Shown piece after piece: positions 13,615-27,038 of a stretch of 64,000 bases of DNA. The DNA is taken from assembly GCA_021613535.1 (NCBI GenBank), contig CP075492.1, positions 9,672,001 through 9,736,000 of the forward strand. Direction: 5' to 3'. The stretch comes from Adineta vaga. Lineage: Eukaryota > Animalia > Rotifera. The position numbers were made by a program, and so were the translations under genes. A model generated the notes under the pieces. The model did not search any database, had not been told where the DNA came from, and saw only the letters and a list, made by a program, of their open reading frames with translations. The stretch's first letter is position 1. Each line of letters begins with the position of its first letter.

Positions 13615-15873
13615 ATGAGTGTAAAAGAACAATTGATTAATTCGGGATGGATGGTGAAAACGGAAGTGTTCGAAGGAAATCGACAACGAATGGAAGATGT
13701 TAGAAAACATTTACTGGATGTAAGTCTATTCATGATGATTGTAATTGATTATATTTTGTTATTGATAGAGTGATTTACGACAAATTGGAGAAAAATCATT
13801 ACCTGAATTAGGAAAACTTGACAAAGTAAAAAAAATATTCATTCTTTTATCTCAGTCATGCATTTCATTATAGACAACAAGACCGTATATTGTACAGTTG
13901 CATAAAACTCGTAATGTAACAGCACCGAAAGATAATGAATCATCATCGAATCGATCACATCTTTATCGATTATCAATTACTGATGGACATGTATTTCAAA
14001 ATGCACTGATTTTACCATCAATTCGAAATTTTAAGTATGCATTTGAACTTGAATGTTTTGTTTTGTTTTCAAACATATTTCTTCCTCTCCAATTATTAGT
14101 TTAGATACACCACCTGGTGTTAAACTTTTATTAAAAGCAAATACAAAAATTTCAAATGGATTTTATCTACTTAATGATCAAACATGTGAAGTGCTCGGTG
14201 GAACAGTGACTGAACTTGTTCAGAAATGGAAACTCGCAAAAGTTTGAATATACATTTAAAACTATTCTTGAAAACTAATTGTTCTTCTTTTCTTAAATTT
14301 AGTTAATGGGTAAACATGTTCGAACATTGATTGGTGAAGGAGCACCACCACCATGGGTTCCCTTTGGTACGAAAACTTCATCGGGAACAACAGGTGATAA
14401 TCTTTTTTACGATGTTTTTTTTTAATCCTATTTTATTACTATTGATAATGATTATAAATAGTTGATACATCTCAACGATCGATGGATGTAGCAAAAGGTC
14501 AACAGAATACAGAAGAAGATCCGGAATTTGTTCGACAACGTCGTGCTGCTATCGAGACGCTTTTAACTGGTCGAACATCAAAAACTGAACGATTTGCTAG
14601 ACAAGATGTTATTAACGGTATCAATCTTGCAAAAGGTTTCGAACAAGCAGGTCAACGAATGCCTGTCGACAGACCGAATACAGCTACTTCATCTTCTCTT
14701 TCGACGATTTCTAATAAACCAACTAATATGGCAGCAGCAGCTGCAGCCATCAAAGCAAATACTCGATGTAATCATCTATTTTGAATGAGGATAAACACGG
14801 TATTGATTTAATTTTCTCTACTTTAGTGCCAGACTGGGCAAAAAATCAAATTGCTGATGAACCAACTGAAGATGAAAAACGACGACCACAATCTGATCGT
14901 AAACAAGCAGGCAGACGTAATTTTGATGATGATGATGATGATGATGATCGACCAAAACGTGGCGGTTTTGGACGTAATCGACGAGGTCGAGGACGTGATG
15001 ATGCTGGTGGTGCAGAAACACGACCAAGTAAAGATGTTACTTTGTTTGATTTCTTTGCAGCAAAACCAAACAGTAAGTTTATATCTTTATTATTCTATTA
15101 ATGACGATCTTATCTTAGTTATGGCACCGAAATCTTCTTCTTCTACTACTTCTAAAACGCAAAGAGTTGATTCCAAATCTGGCCAACAGGTATCTGGTTC
15201 GAATCAAACACGTATATCAAGTGCTATACAAGTAAAACTAATTGTTGTACAGTTTCTGAATCTTAAAATTCAATTCTATTCTAGAAACAAATATTTCAGT
15301 TTGAAACTGGTGATCAAGTATTGGCTCGATTTCATGAAGATAATGAAGTAAGATCATTTAGTTTAGTTCGAAGATAAATTTCAGTAATATGAAATCTTAT
15401 ATTATCTTAGTATTATCCAGCTATTATTATGAATATTATGTATGATACCCAAAAATGTGCGGTTATGTTTGACGGATATGATTCTCAAGAAACTGTGAGT
15501 TTCGATGATGTTGAATCTTATGAGGTAAGTATTCTTCAATTAATCTGCCATTTATTACTTATAGTGTTACTTTTAGGAAGGATATTATGGTGAAGAAGAA
15601 GAAGAGTACGAACAGGAACAAATCCAACCGCCCCCACCACCTCCTCCTCCTACACAAACACAATCGCAAAGAAATAATCCTGCTCAATATCAACAACGAA
15701 ATCAGACTGGTTATCAACAAGATCAATCAAATTACGGTTATTATAATCATCATCAACAACAACAACAACAACAACAACGAGGTAACCCGGGAGGAAACCG
15801 GCCAAACTCAGGTCGTGGCTACCCACAGCAACAACAATATCCGAATCACTACAATAATAACTATTATTATTAA
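13615..15873 (+). CDS. TDRD3: Tudor domain-containing protein 3 (RMI1-like OB fold, RGG region, Tudor domain)
   Basis: DLRQIG, RNVTAPKDNE, LSITDG, LDTPPGVKLLL, GAPPPWVPFG and RPSKDVTLFDFF motifs, plus Tudor FETGDQVLARFHEDNEYYPAII...VMFDGYDSQE. Confidence 0.88.
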
Positions 15874-16211
15874 CTTTCATGTCATTGACATTTTTTAAAA
15901 GTTGTTATTCTGGATACTATTGATGGATTGTTTCTTTTTTGTTTTGTTTTTATATTATAAGAAACATGGTTGATGAGATGGACCATAAGTGATTTATACA
16001 GAATCGTTTTCCTTTTACATCCATTTCATTTTTTTTCTTACTTCAATACTATTCTCTTATCAGTGCTTTGATTTCGAAAAGGTATTTCATAAAAAGTATG
16101 ACATTTAGGCGAGTTCTCTTTAAGTCTTCTATTAGAAATTAATGATACATATTTAAATAAAATATAATTTTATATCAGCAATAAAATTATTAGAAAAGAA
16201 ATACATCATAT

Positions 16212-18148
16212 TTATTCTCGAGTGATATTTAAACGAAAATATTCCGGTGGTTTCGGCACCGTTTTAAGTAATGGTGCTAAAACTAAAGTAAAAATTGTCA
16301 GAGTAATTGTCAGTAAAAGATATAAGTAAAAAAGACAACGATCAATAACTAATGCTACATTTTGCCAATCACGTATGATCATATCTTCTTCGTGTGTATC
16401 ATTTGGACGAAGAATAGTACTATTTAGTTCACTAAGTAAACGTTTACATTCTTGTAGTGTCTGTGTCGTTGATTGTAGACTTGACATTAACGGCATAGAA
16501 ATTCCATTTCTTGTATCAGAACTATGATTCATTCTTTCTGAATTATTATCATTCGATGTTGTTGATGTTGAAGAAAATTGATGATGAGGTGATTGTGGAG
16601 CATTGGTTGACAGCTCATTTTCATTGAGAAAAATAGCATTGTATATAGTTGTTGAAGGTCGTGGTGCTGTTGCTGTTGGAGCACGTTGATGATTCTTTTG
16701 ATCATTGATAGTTGTTACACGATGTAGTTTAACTCGTAAAATTGGCGCAACATGAATGAAAAGTATACGTCTTAATCGATGTGAAACTGGTTTCAAAGAA
16801 GAACCATATAAATGTATATTGAGTACAACAACGGCCAAGACAACGGATAGACTAGTCAAACTCATTACTAATACGAAATAAATACCTGTCAATAAAATCA
16901 AATGAGATCAAAAATTTTCTTTCCAAATAATTTTACCTATCAAAGGAATAAATTCACTTGTAGCTGGCATTGATTCAGCAATGAGTAACATGAAAACTGA
17001 AAATGAAAGAAGTACAGTTAAACCTAATGAAACTTTTTCTCCAGATTCTGTTGGTAAATAAAATGTTAGACATGTTAAACAAGATAACATTATACATGGA
17101 ATTATAACATTATATGTATAATATAATGTTCGACGACGTATATGAAAGTAAAATTTAATATCATAATATGTTTCATCACAACATGGATATGTTAATGTTG
17201 AAAGAACTGTCCATGATGATAATAATTTCCATTCACCTTTTTTTGTTGTATAGAATAAGAAATAACTTTTTACGAATAAGAAAGACTTACCATTATCTAC
17301 ATAATTGATCATATCAACATTTTCTGATCGATTTGTTAATATCAGTTGAGTTGAATCATATGTCCATGAACCAAATTTGAGAAAACAAACTTGATCATCA
17401 AATGGAAACCTAATTTTGTAAATACGAAAAGATATAATCTATACAATATAGAATAATTTGTTACCAAGTTATATCGATTTTACATGTTGATCGAAACTTA
17501 ACTATTGGTGGCCAGAAAACTGTCCCATCTGAACTAATCATTGCTAATGATTGCATGTATCCTTGTGTATAATCATCCGCAGAATTATATAAAACAATAT
17601 CGGGTAACCAAATATGACGACAAGGGATACGTATCTTTTTTATTCCACCAAAATCATCTGGATTCCATCGAAAAAACATATCATTCCATTCCTTAATTTA
17701 AATAAAAATACATTCTTGACCTGTACAAACTAATTCAAATTTCATCATCCTACCTGATCGAGCCAAATATTCGTAGTTAAGATTTGATTTCGTTCATCCT
17801 AGTGAAATTTAAATACATGCAACAATATTCATTTTTTTGTATTTCATTACTCACAAGATCCATAATTAATGTTAATGTTAGACCAAGCTTGACAATTACA
17901 GCATCAGATGATTTTTTCGTTGGTCGTACGGCTTTTTCATAACCTGTCATTAATGTATAGAAAAGACGTTGTTCATCTGGCATATCATCCGTAATATTAG
18001 CAATGCTCATAAATAATGATGAAGATTTTAATGAATTGGGAACTGTTATTGCACATGTACAAGATTTTCTACACGAAGAAAATAAATATATTAGACTAGC
18101 GATTATAATATGTGAAATAGTTAGATGATAATATCCATATGAAGGCAT
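16212..18148 (-). CDS. Nicotinic acetylcholine receptor alpha subunit (cation-selective, alpha9/10-like)
   Basis: Cys-loop CKIDITWFPFDDQVC, WLPDIVLYN, GSWTY, loop C YPCC, M2 GEKVSLGLTVLLSFSVFMLL, and M4 preceded by DWQNVALVIDR. Confidence 0.93.
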
Positions 18149-19311
18149 TTTTGTCAATCGGATAAAACTGAATTTGTTTGTTAAATCAATCTAGTCATTA
18201 GATAAGGATGAATCGATAATGTTTATAATCGTGGCATAGAAGAACAAGAAAAATTGCTATGTAGTCGAACGATCATCTAATAAAATCCGTTGACATTTGA
18301 GGATAATTTTGTCCAACTCTATTTCGTAATTATAATAATTTCGGTCTCTAATTGTACTGCTGTCGTTACCAATGTTGATCACTTGTTGTATGATTCTATT
18401 AGACAAGAATTATAACCTAAAAACAAGCAAATTTTCTCTATCAGACATTTAACACAACTAATGATTTTCTTTTTTTTCTCTTCTAAGATCATAATCCGTT
18501 CATTAACGGCATGAATTTATATTATGCAAACTAAACGCTTGTTAATAAAGACTGCTGGTATAAATCTAATGTCTCTTGTTGATTATAAATAGAAAATCCA
18601 CATAAATACTTTCTCTTATCTAGCAATCCTTTTTCTGAATGAATCCTATTCTATTATCGCATGCACCATCGACTAATTACAATGAAATACAAATGAAAAC
18701 ATATTCTTTTCATTATTCGTTCTTCAAATCTATTTTCTAGCCGAATGCGCCTAATATTTTTGAAGCTGCTTAACATAACAATACTTCCATCCTAGAAAGA
18801 AAACGATGAGAAGAAAGAGCTTCTATTATCAACTGACATATTCAGGAAAATCTATCATTAAATAATATAATTATGATTAATTCAAGTTTCCTTTTACATT
18901 GAAAACAGATCGATCGAGGTTTCTATTTCAATGATATATCAATCATTCTCGTCGAAAACATACCTTTTATCATATATAGTGTCATCTGTATCTGCAGGCT
19001 TATCAATTGATTTCATCTGGAACTTATCATGCAATTCGGCACTATGTCAAGAAAATACCAAACTAATCTTATACTTAACCAAACATATTTCGACATATAA
19101 TGATAGATCATTAGTTTTCTCAATGACGTCTATATTTTGTTTGTTGAATACATCCGCTATTCATTAATGACTCAATTTGAGTACTTTTGTTATTTTTATT
19201 TGCAACATAGATAGATAATTAAGAGAATACTTAAAAATGATTGTAACGAATATTAATCATTTCCAGAAATAGTTTATTGGATTTAGTAAAAATTCTTTAC
19301 ATTTGCATTGC

Positions 19312-19333
19312 CATCATCATCATCATCATCATC
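19312..19333 (+). repeat. (CAT)n microsatellite
   Basis: catcatcat run in intergenic / 3' flank sequence. Confidence 0.8.
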
Positions 19334-19756
19334 GATATGATATTTTAAAGAAGATTGTAGAAATTGTTTAGTATTAAAATCGAGAAGTACGAGTGTTTTT
19401 TATTCAAGGACGAAACTAGATTGACGAGAATGAGAGAAAATAGACGATCGCACATAGACACGGATTTTACAGCACCAGTAGCATACAAAAAAAGAAGAAG
19501 TGAAAGAACGTGTTATTCTAAGAGTAAAGATATCATCGTCAGTTGGAAACAGATTCAAAGAAGAAGAATAAAAGAAAACCACCGGTACATTTTACATAAA
19601 TAAAGACAAGAAAAATAAATCGTATGAGACTTATCTAGAATAATGAAAAAGAAAAGAGAAAGATATCTGTTGAACAGAAGAAAAATAGAAGAAATCCCTC
19701 CCTCTCGCTGCTTAGATACACACACACACACAAACATACAGAAAGAAATACAGAAG

Positions 19757-22700
19757 TTAATTATGTTTCAATTTTCGAATTTCTTTAATCGCCCATGTTG
19801 CTAATGTTTTTGTTTTCATAGTTTTTGATCGTTTACCATCATTTAATAATTTTTCAAATGCTTCACGTTCAATAAATTGTAACATCGCTTGACCATACGT
19901 GGTGACTAAATCGCCAACTAAACCAATTGCAGCACTAGTAATTGCATCGGATTTATTTGGATCACGTGCTATAGTTTCAAGAAATTGCACGATAAATGGT
20001 AATTGACCTGTGACTAATTGTAATTCAGCGAGTGCGACCGTATTCGATGGTGCTGAACCACGAAGACCTTGAATAATGCCAGTATAAGCTGCTAAACAAC
20101 TTTCATGTAAATCATTTAAGTAATCGATTATATCATAATCAGTTTTTGCTACTTGTGCACGGCATGCTTGATTAAGAGTAGCTAATACATGTTCTAGATA
20201 GTTTTTGAAATGTCCACCAATACCTAATGCAATATCACCAAATGCACTTATGATTTGTGGTTTTACTGAACGATGTAATTTATCGTCCTAAAATAGAATG
20301 CGAGGTTATTTTATCGATTATATTCAGAGAAAACTTTTTACGTTAAGACAACTGAATAAATGTGTCATTATTTGATCACAATAGGGTATCAATCTATCAA
20401 GTAATGACCGACTTAATTCAACAATAACGCCAACAGCAGCTGCACAAATTTGATATTCTACATGATTGTTTAATGCTTGATATAGAACTGGAAGAACATG
20501 ATCGATATATTTTAGAAAGTGTAATCCCAAAACTACAAAACAAAAACAAGCGAATCATTATATTCATGAATAACAATTAAAGAATAATAATAATAAAGTC
20601 ATACCTTCAACTAAAGTTCCAATAGCTATTAATGCATCTTCATGTACAACACTTGTTTTACCACCAGTAGTTTTAAGCATAGATAGTAAAGCTTGCATAA
20701 TTGGATCGGATATTAATGGTGCATCATTGGGCTGCATTTTGCGAAGTACACTCTAAATATGACGAAGAAAACAGAACCAAAAGTTAATTTTCTTCTAAAC
20801 ATTTCAATGAATTATATATTTTTTTCTTACTTGAAGTGTAGCACAAAGTAATGACTGAAGATCAGTAATTTGTACTCGATCATTCGAATTTGCTGTATGA
20901 CTTTCGACAGATATAACACGATTCAAACGATCGAGTATAGTTACAGTTGTTTTTTGAACAGTAATATAGCAATCCTGTAAAGGAAAACAATAGTCTTTTT
21001 TCACTCGAAATCGTTTTGTTTTTCATACTTTTGGACTATGTCGAATCATTTCCATCAATGCTTCATAAGCTGCATTACGTAGATTTGATTGAGTACCATC
21101 AGGTCTAACAATAGTATTGATTAAAGATATGAAAACAAATATCTTTGATTCTCCTTACCTGTCTGTTGTCGCAACAAGTTTATTTACAATTTCATCAAAA
21201 AATGGTGATAATAAATACGTAGTTGGTGTTTCATCATCTTCTGAATGTTCGGCATAATCATACGCAGCTCTGGCTAAACTTGAAAATGACTAATCAAAAA
21301 CAAAAAACAAAGGTGATTTCATTCTTTTCCAAAAACTTTCTTCATACCCAACAAATATTCGTTGCAACACGTGGTACATCATTTAAGCCATTGACAAGTG
21401 CTTGTCCAATGGCTCGAAGTAATTCATCTGTCATAACAGCTTGTGAAACAAACTCAAATATTCTTCCTATAGTCCATGCTGTTGTATCACGTACAGCAAT
21501 ATTTGGATCTTGTAATAATTTTAAGAGAAATGGTACAGCTTGTTCAGCAACTGGTTTAATACTGGCAACATCAGGTCCTTCTAAAATCGAACCAAATGCC
21601 ATAACTGCTGCTTCTCGAAATTTCCAATCTGCATGATTAATATTTGCACTGACAAATGGAAAAACATATTGAGTTATGGCATTCTCAGCACAATTGGATA
21701 ATAACATTAAACAAACACCAGCAGCTTTACATGGATTCCAATCATCATCATCATTATCTTCTTCTTGCATAGTTAATCTTTGAAGTAAGACAGGTACAAG
21801 ATATGGTAAAGCACCTCGTGCGTAATAACGACTAATTCTTTCTGGTTGTCGATTTTGTTCTTGTGCCTGTAAAGAAAAACGATATTTATACAGAAAAAGA
21901 GGATCTTTTTCAATAGTTCTTAATTACTTCTTGTTGACGAAATTGTAATTCATATTCTTCGTCACATACATTGGACCAAAACTCAATACCTTGTAAAGCG
22001 ATTTCATCATGAACAGATTTCATTGCATCCATTGTGATCTAAAAACAAAAGATTTGAGTCGACAGTTAAGAAAATAAATTATCTTACAGCAAATAATGCT
22101 GGTCCCATGTAATATTCCATATAATCATAATAGAGAGAAAGAATTTTCACAAGATTTTGTAAAGCAGCAACTTGTATTTTTGAATTTATTGATTGAGTTG
22201 CTTCACAAACAACTTGCATTATATAATGTCTTTCATTCTATTTGATAGAAGAGAATGATAATTGAATAGATACTATACATATACTATTGATCATTCTTAC
22301 ATCATTTTGAAAATTATTTTTCGTAAATTCTAATGAATTAAGCATGGCTGTAGTTGCAGCAAGTCGAACATTATCATTGGTTTCTTCTTTACGCATACCA
22401 TACACAAGTGCTGTTAATATGACATTGCTTTGTGGTACAAGAACATCCGAATCCTAGAGAAAATTTTGTTTGATTCGTTTTCTTTTTCAAAATAGATATG
22501 TGTATGAATAGAGCACAGAGAAACAACACACATATGAAAAAAAAACACACGGATGAATGAATGAATAAGCTTACAATATCTTGGCATATGTAACCGAGTG
22601 CTTCCAAGCTCGCTTCCCGTACATTATCGGCTCTGCCCACGGTAGTCACATTGTCAACCAGGCGTTCTAAGATGGTACACACACATACAATCAACACTCG

Positions 22701-23421
22701 ACAACACGCTCATCAAAATTTCAATGAGAGAAAAATGACGAAAGGAACACACTTACTTATCAAATCTTGCCATTCATTACGAGGTAATTCAGTACATGCA
22801 ATATATCCAACACATTGAGCAGCTTGTGATGGTTTAGACGTTTCTGTACCGAGTGCATTGAAACACTGGAAAAGGAAAGGATATGTTGAACAAACAAAAC
22901 AAGATTATCGATCAAATTTGATTCTTACGTTCGCTTTGATATGCTCTCGAATATTTGCTGGTATATTCATCCATCGATCTTGATAAGCTTGTTTTAAACT
23001 TTCATCTTTGGAGTGAAATGCATTTTTCAGTTGTAATGCTAGAAAGAAAGATAAAAATAAAGATTCATGATTTCATATTATTGTTTTTGATAGATTATCG
23101 CATCGAAAACAATCTTACCTGCTTGTGCACGAGCTGTTGGATTATTAGTTGCAGTAATCAAGATATCAGAAAGATGTTTCAATAATTCAGGCTAGAAGAA
23201 AACACTGATTTTCATTGACGCTCTATCAAACGAGTTTGACATACTAAATTTTGTTCAGCTGCTTTTGCAAGAAAGTTTCGTGCATTTTCCAAATCTATTT
23301 GAGCTACATATACGAATAAAATAAACATTTAGTAACTATTCTTTTTATTTCTTTATCTATCTAAACACTTACATCCCGTGCCTGTTCGCTCGAGAATTTG
23401 AATAATTTCTTGTGCGGCCAT
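19757..23421 (-). CDS. KPNB1: Importin subunit beta-1 (karyopherin beta 1)
   Basis: AGITTEKCI region aligns to the IBN_N domain (LQLKN); [72 protein letters not shown] and C-terminal [14 protein letters not shown]. Confidence 0.96.
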
Positions 23422-23589
23422 GGGACGTCTTTGTTAATGGTGCACGGAAAGATCAAAATGTCAATCTAGAATGATGAAATAAATTTTGTTCGATGTTTCA
23501 AGTTTTATTTCAATCAAATATTTGTTTTCTTCTTTATTATATATTTTTCTTTCTTTTCATATAAAAACGAAACAAAAACTATATTTCAT

Positions 23590-24221
23590 TTAAGCTAGAA
23601 GAGCTGCAGCTGTTGATGATTCGTATTTCCATGTTGGTGGTAAAACATTCTTGGTCTTGTAATATCTTGCTAAACGATGGATACGACTTTCGACAAGAAT
23701 TAAACGAAATTTCGAGTCTTTATCTTTACGATTACGTTCCAAATGTTTACGAATAGCGACAGCTTTCTTAATTAAATGATGTAAATCTTCGGGTTTACTT
23801 GGAGCAAGACCTTTTGCTTTCATAATACGTAAAATTTTACTTCCAGTGACAAAACGTGTTTGGGCAACACCATGGGAGTCACGAAGAATAACACCTAAAT
23901 GAAATTGTTCGTTTCAATTTGATGAATATTGCAAAAAAACAAAATCTTATCTACCGATTTGCGATGGTGTTAAGCCTTTTTTAGCTAATTTGCAAATTTG
24001 ATCAACGACATCTTCTGACGTTAATTTAAGCCACTGTAGAAAAACAAATACAATGAGAAAGTTTCAATTTAATTTCATCAATCATTTACTTACTGATGGA
24101 ACTGTTCGTTTGTAGGGTAAAGCAGAATCTGAAATACCCTTGCTAAATAAAATAATACATGAAATGAATGCAAATTACGTCAGATATTGAAAACATACCC
24201 AGGAGCATGCATACGACCCAT
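23590..24221 (-). CDS. RPS13: 40S ribosomal protein S13 (uS15)
   Basis: MGRMHAPG|[27 protein letters not shown] and [24 protein letters not shown]. Confidence 0.98.
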
Positions 24222-24548
24222 GATGACGGTTTTTTAGTCAAAAATCTGAAAGGAAAAAACAGTTGTTATAATAAATGTCGATCGATATAATTGTTTGAAT
24301 GGTGAAAACGTAAATAAATAATATAGCCCTATCAAATTCAGATTGGCCTCCGATTGAACAAAGTGAATTACATGAAAATATTTTCAAGATTTCTTTTGGA
24401 TTTTATTTCAATAAGAATTTAATAATTTTCAAAGAAAATATGTATTTGATTTAAATTGGAAAAAAAATTGTATCTTGATTATGATTGGAGAAAAAGAGAA
24501 CCAATAAAATGCAAGTTGAAATCTCTGGATCTGGATCTGGACTGGAAT

Positions 24549-26744
24549 TTAGTTTGTCTTAAATAAAATAAAATATCTATTTCTCAATTGTTCTAATGCA
24601 TTGATAAATTTTAAAAATTCATAGGAAGATAAATGTTGATCGTGCTCGTTGAATTTCTCTTCAAATCTTAATTTTATCCTTTCATATTCTTTTGTCCATG
24701 GAAATTCTAAGATTGCTTTTGCATATAGAAATAATTCATTTCCATTTACAAATTGATAGAATTCATACAATTCGGATTTAATACCATTGTTGATAAACCA
24801 TCGTTGCACATCTGCACTATCCCATTGTTTGATATTCGTGGAATTTTTCAAAGATGATATCGATGGAAGATCTACAGAAAGATATTCACTCATCATTGAA
24901 AATAATTCATCACAATTATTCGAAAAATTCCCTTCGACAAATCGAATATGTTTTACTCGAGTCTCAAGCCAACCTTTTGCTTGATAATCAGCATCGATAA
25001 TTATCGGAATAAATAGTTTGTTTAATGTATTTGTAGCATAGGTAAATTCTTGTCGACATGATAAACTATGATAAAAATGTTGAGATACAAGAAAAAGAAC
25101 AAGATGAGATTGTTTAATAGTTTGTGCAATTTCTTCCCATAAATATTTACCATTATTAAAATTAACAGAGACAGATAGTTGAGGTAATTTAACTAATACA
25201 TCATGTAATTGTTGACAAAAATCAATATCATCATGTGCATAACTTATTATCAATGAATGAATAGATTTCTTCGTAGAAAGAGATTTTGAAATTGATATAG
25301 ACGATTTAGTAGATTGAAAAGTACGTAGATTATGATAGATACCATCAGCAACTCTTTTAAATGAATACATATGACGTGGTATGTAATCATCAAGTACAAC
25401 TTTATCAATGGTGTCATCTAAACGAATAAGTTCAAGTCTTCCAAACAAATCAGGAAAATTTTTAAGAAGATTTTTACAATATAGTTCATGAAATGATATA
25501 CTCCAAAGAATATTTGCTAAAGCTAGAACTATAAAACGATATGGAAGATAATTGATTGTTGAATCATCTGTATAAACGAAAAAATCACGCGTAATTAAAT
25601 GAAGAAAATTAATATGTTTATCATTCAATATAATGCAATTCATAAAATAATCATCCGTACATAATTTCATTGTAACAATCCACAATTCTGAAATATCACA
25701 TTCTAAATCATTGCATTCATCGATTGAACGAGCTTTTCGAATTGCTGTAATTAAATAATGATTGATAAACATTCTTATCGAATCATTATTCAATTCATTT
25801 GTATCATAACATAAAATCATTGTCATAAAGTACATCATTTCATAGTACTGAAATATTTCATCGTTAAGAATAAAAACAATCATTTTATTAAGTATTTTCT
25901 CTCGAAAATCAGTTAAGATTTGATGACATTTATGATAATTAAGAATTCGAATACCATTATCATGACGAACAATATTATATAAGATACCAATAATAGAATG
26001 ATATTCTTGATGAGATAGATATGATAATGATATCCATTGTAAACATACTTGAGGACAATTAATTTGAATGAACATAGGAATGGTGCGTGTTTTACGACTG
26101 ATATCGAGGAAAAGTAAGAGAATGTCTTCGATTATAATAGCATTTTGTGAACGTTTGTTTGTTGTGAAATAATCATCGAGAAATTGAATTAATCGAAGAA
26201 AGAAAGTATCTTGATATTTATCTAATTCAAGACCAATTGATTTTGTACTTAAAGCTCTTAAATGTTGGAAGATTAGAATAAGAATACATCCATTAAAACT
26301 CATCATCGTTTCTTCAATATTTTCGTTAGTAAAAATCTTATTTTCTAGAAAATTTTTTATACTTTTCGAAGAATTCAATTGATCAAGTAATCGATAATAC
26401 ATTTGTTCTCGAGCTGTCAATGTCATATTGGAGAGAATATTCGATTGATGAATATTCTTTAATGATTTGAAAAATAATCGATTGAATGAAATCCATAATG
26501 TTGAATGATGTTGAACAATAATATCAACAAATTCATTCATATCAAGTAATTCAAGATAATATTTTAGAAAATATTCAAAAATATCAATCGTATCAATAGG
26601 TATACGATGTATTTCTTCAGATAAATGCATCGTAATCTCCGAGATTTCATTTAGAATAGCTCGAAGTTGAAGCGGTTGGTTTGTTTTTAATATATCTCGT
26701 AATTGTTCACATAGTCCATGGATTCGTTGGAATTCTTCACTCAT
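24549..26744 (-). CDS. Intronless 731 aa protein: alpha-helical (ARM-like) N-terminus, TIR_2 domain, C-terminal SAM-like domain
   Basis: TIR is LIISYAHDDIDFCQQLHDVL...LVLFLVSQHFYHSLSCRQEFTYA...FIPII. The SAM-like part is IKQWDSADVQRWF...VNGNELF. ARM-like segments include IIGILYNIVRH and ANILWSISFH. Confidence 0.85.
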   Translation of the reverse strand: MSEEFQRIHGLCEQLRDILKTNQPLQLRAILNEISEITMHLSEEIHRIPIDTIDIFEYFLKYYLELLDMNEFVDIIVQHHSTLWISFNRLFFKSLKNIHQSNILSNMTLTAREQMYYRLLDQLNSSKSIKNFLENKIFTNENIEETMMSFNGCILILIFQHLRALSTKSIGLELDKYQDTFFLRLIQFLDDYFTTNKRSQNAIIIEDILLLFLDISRKTRTIPMFIQINCPQVCLQWISLSYLSHQEYHSIIGILYNIVRHDNGIRILNYHKCHQILTDFREKILNKMIVFILNDEIFQYYEMMYFMTMILCYDTNELNNDSIRMFINHYLITAIRKARSIDECNDLECDISELWIVTMKLCTDDYFMNCIILNDKHINFLHLITRDFFVYTDDSTINYLPYRFIVLALANILWSISFHELYCKNLLKNFPDLFGRLELIRLDDTIDKVVLDDYIPRHMYSFKRVADGIYHNLRTFQSTKSSISISKSLSTKKSIHSLIISYAHDDIDFCQQLHDVLVKLPQLSVSVNFNNGKYLWEEIAQTIKQSHLVLFLVSQHFYHSLSCRQEFTYATNTLNKLFIPIIIDADYQAKGWLETRVKHIRFVEGNFSNNCDELFSMMSEYLSVDLPSISSLKNSTNIKQWDSADVQRWFINNGIKSELYEFYQFVNGNELFLYAKAILEFPWTKEYERIKLRFEEKFNEHDQHLSSYEFLKFINALEQLRNRYFILFKTN

Positions 26745-27038
26745 TTTTCTGTTCTTTCAAATTGAAAATGAAGATAGTATTATCATTCTTATAGATTGAT
26801 TCATTTCTTACTTTAGTTAAAAACGAAATGTCTATTGACAATAATAGATAAGACAAAGTATGTTGTAAGAATATCTGTTACCAATAGAAATATTCTACAA
26901 TTCGTTCGCTTTTAATATCATCAAAAGTACTATATGATAAAGAAAGGTTGTTGTATCTTTTCGCATCACTCTTTTTTTTTATTAAAAAACAAAATCGCTT
27001 CTTCCCATAATCTTATACTCGCAAAAATCCTTTTTTTC

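Noticed and set aside
14818-15898. Poly-Met, poly-His and poly-Val ORFs overlapping TDRD3, and similar ones over TOX (62333-62635)
   Set aside because: They are alternative-frame readings of trinucleotide repeats encoding poly-Asp/Gln/His in the real genes.
23897-24198. Intronic snoRNA (U14 is hosted by RPS13 in vertebrates)
   Set aside because: The introns are only ~55 nt and lack paired C/D boxes.
24524-24546. (TCTGGA)n-like short tandem repeat abutting the TIR gene stop
   Set aside because: Only ~4 degenerate units, with no target-site duplication or terminal repeat partner found.
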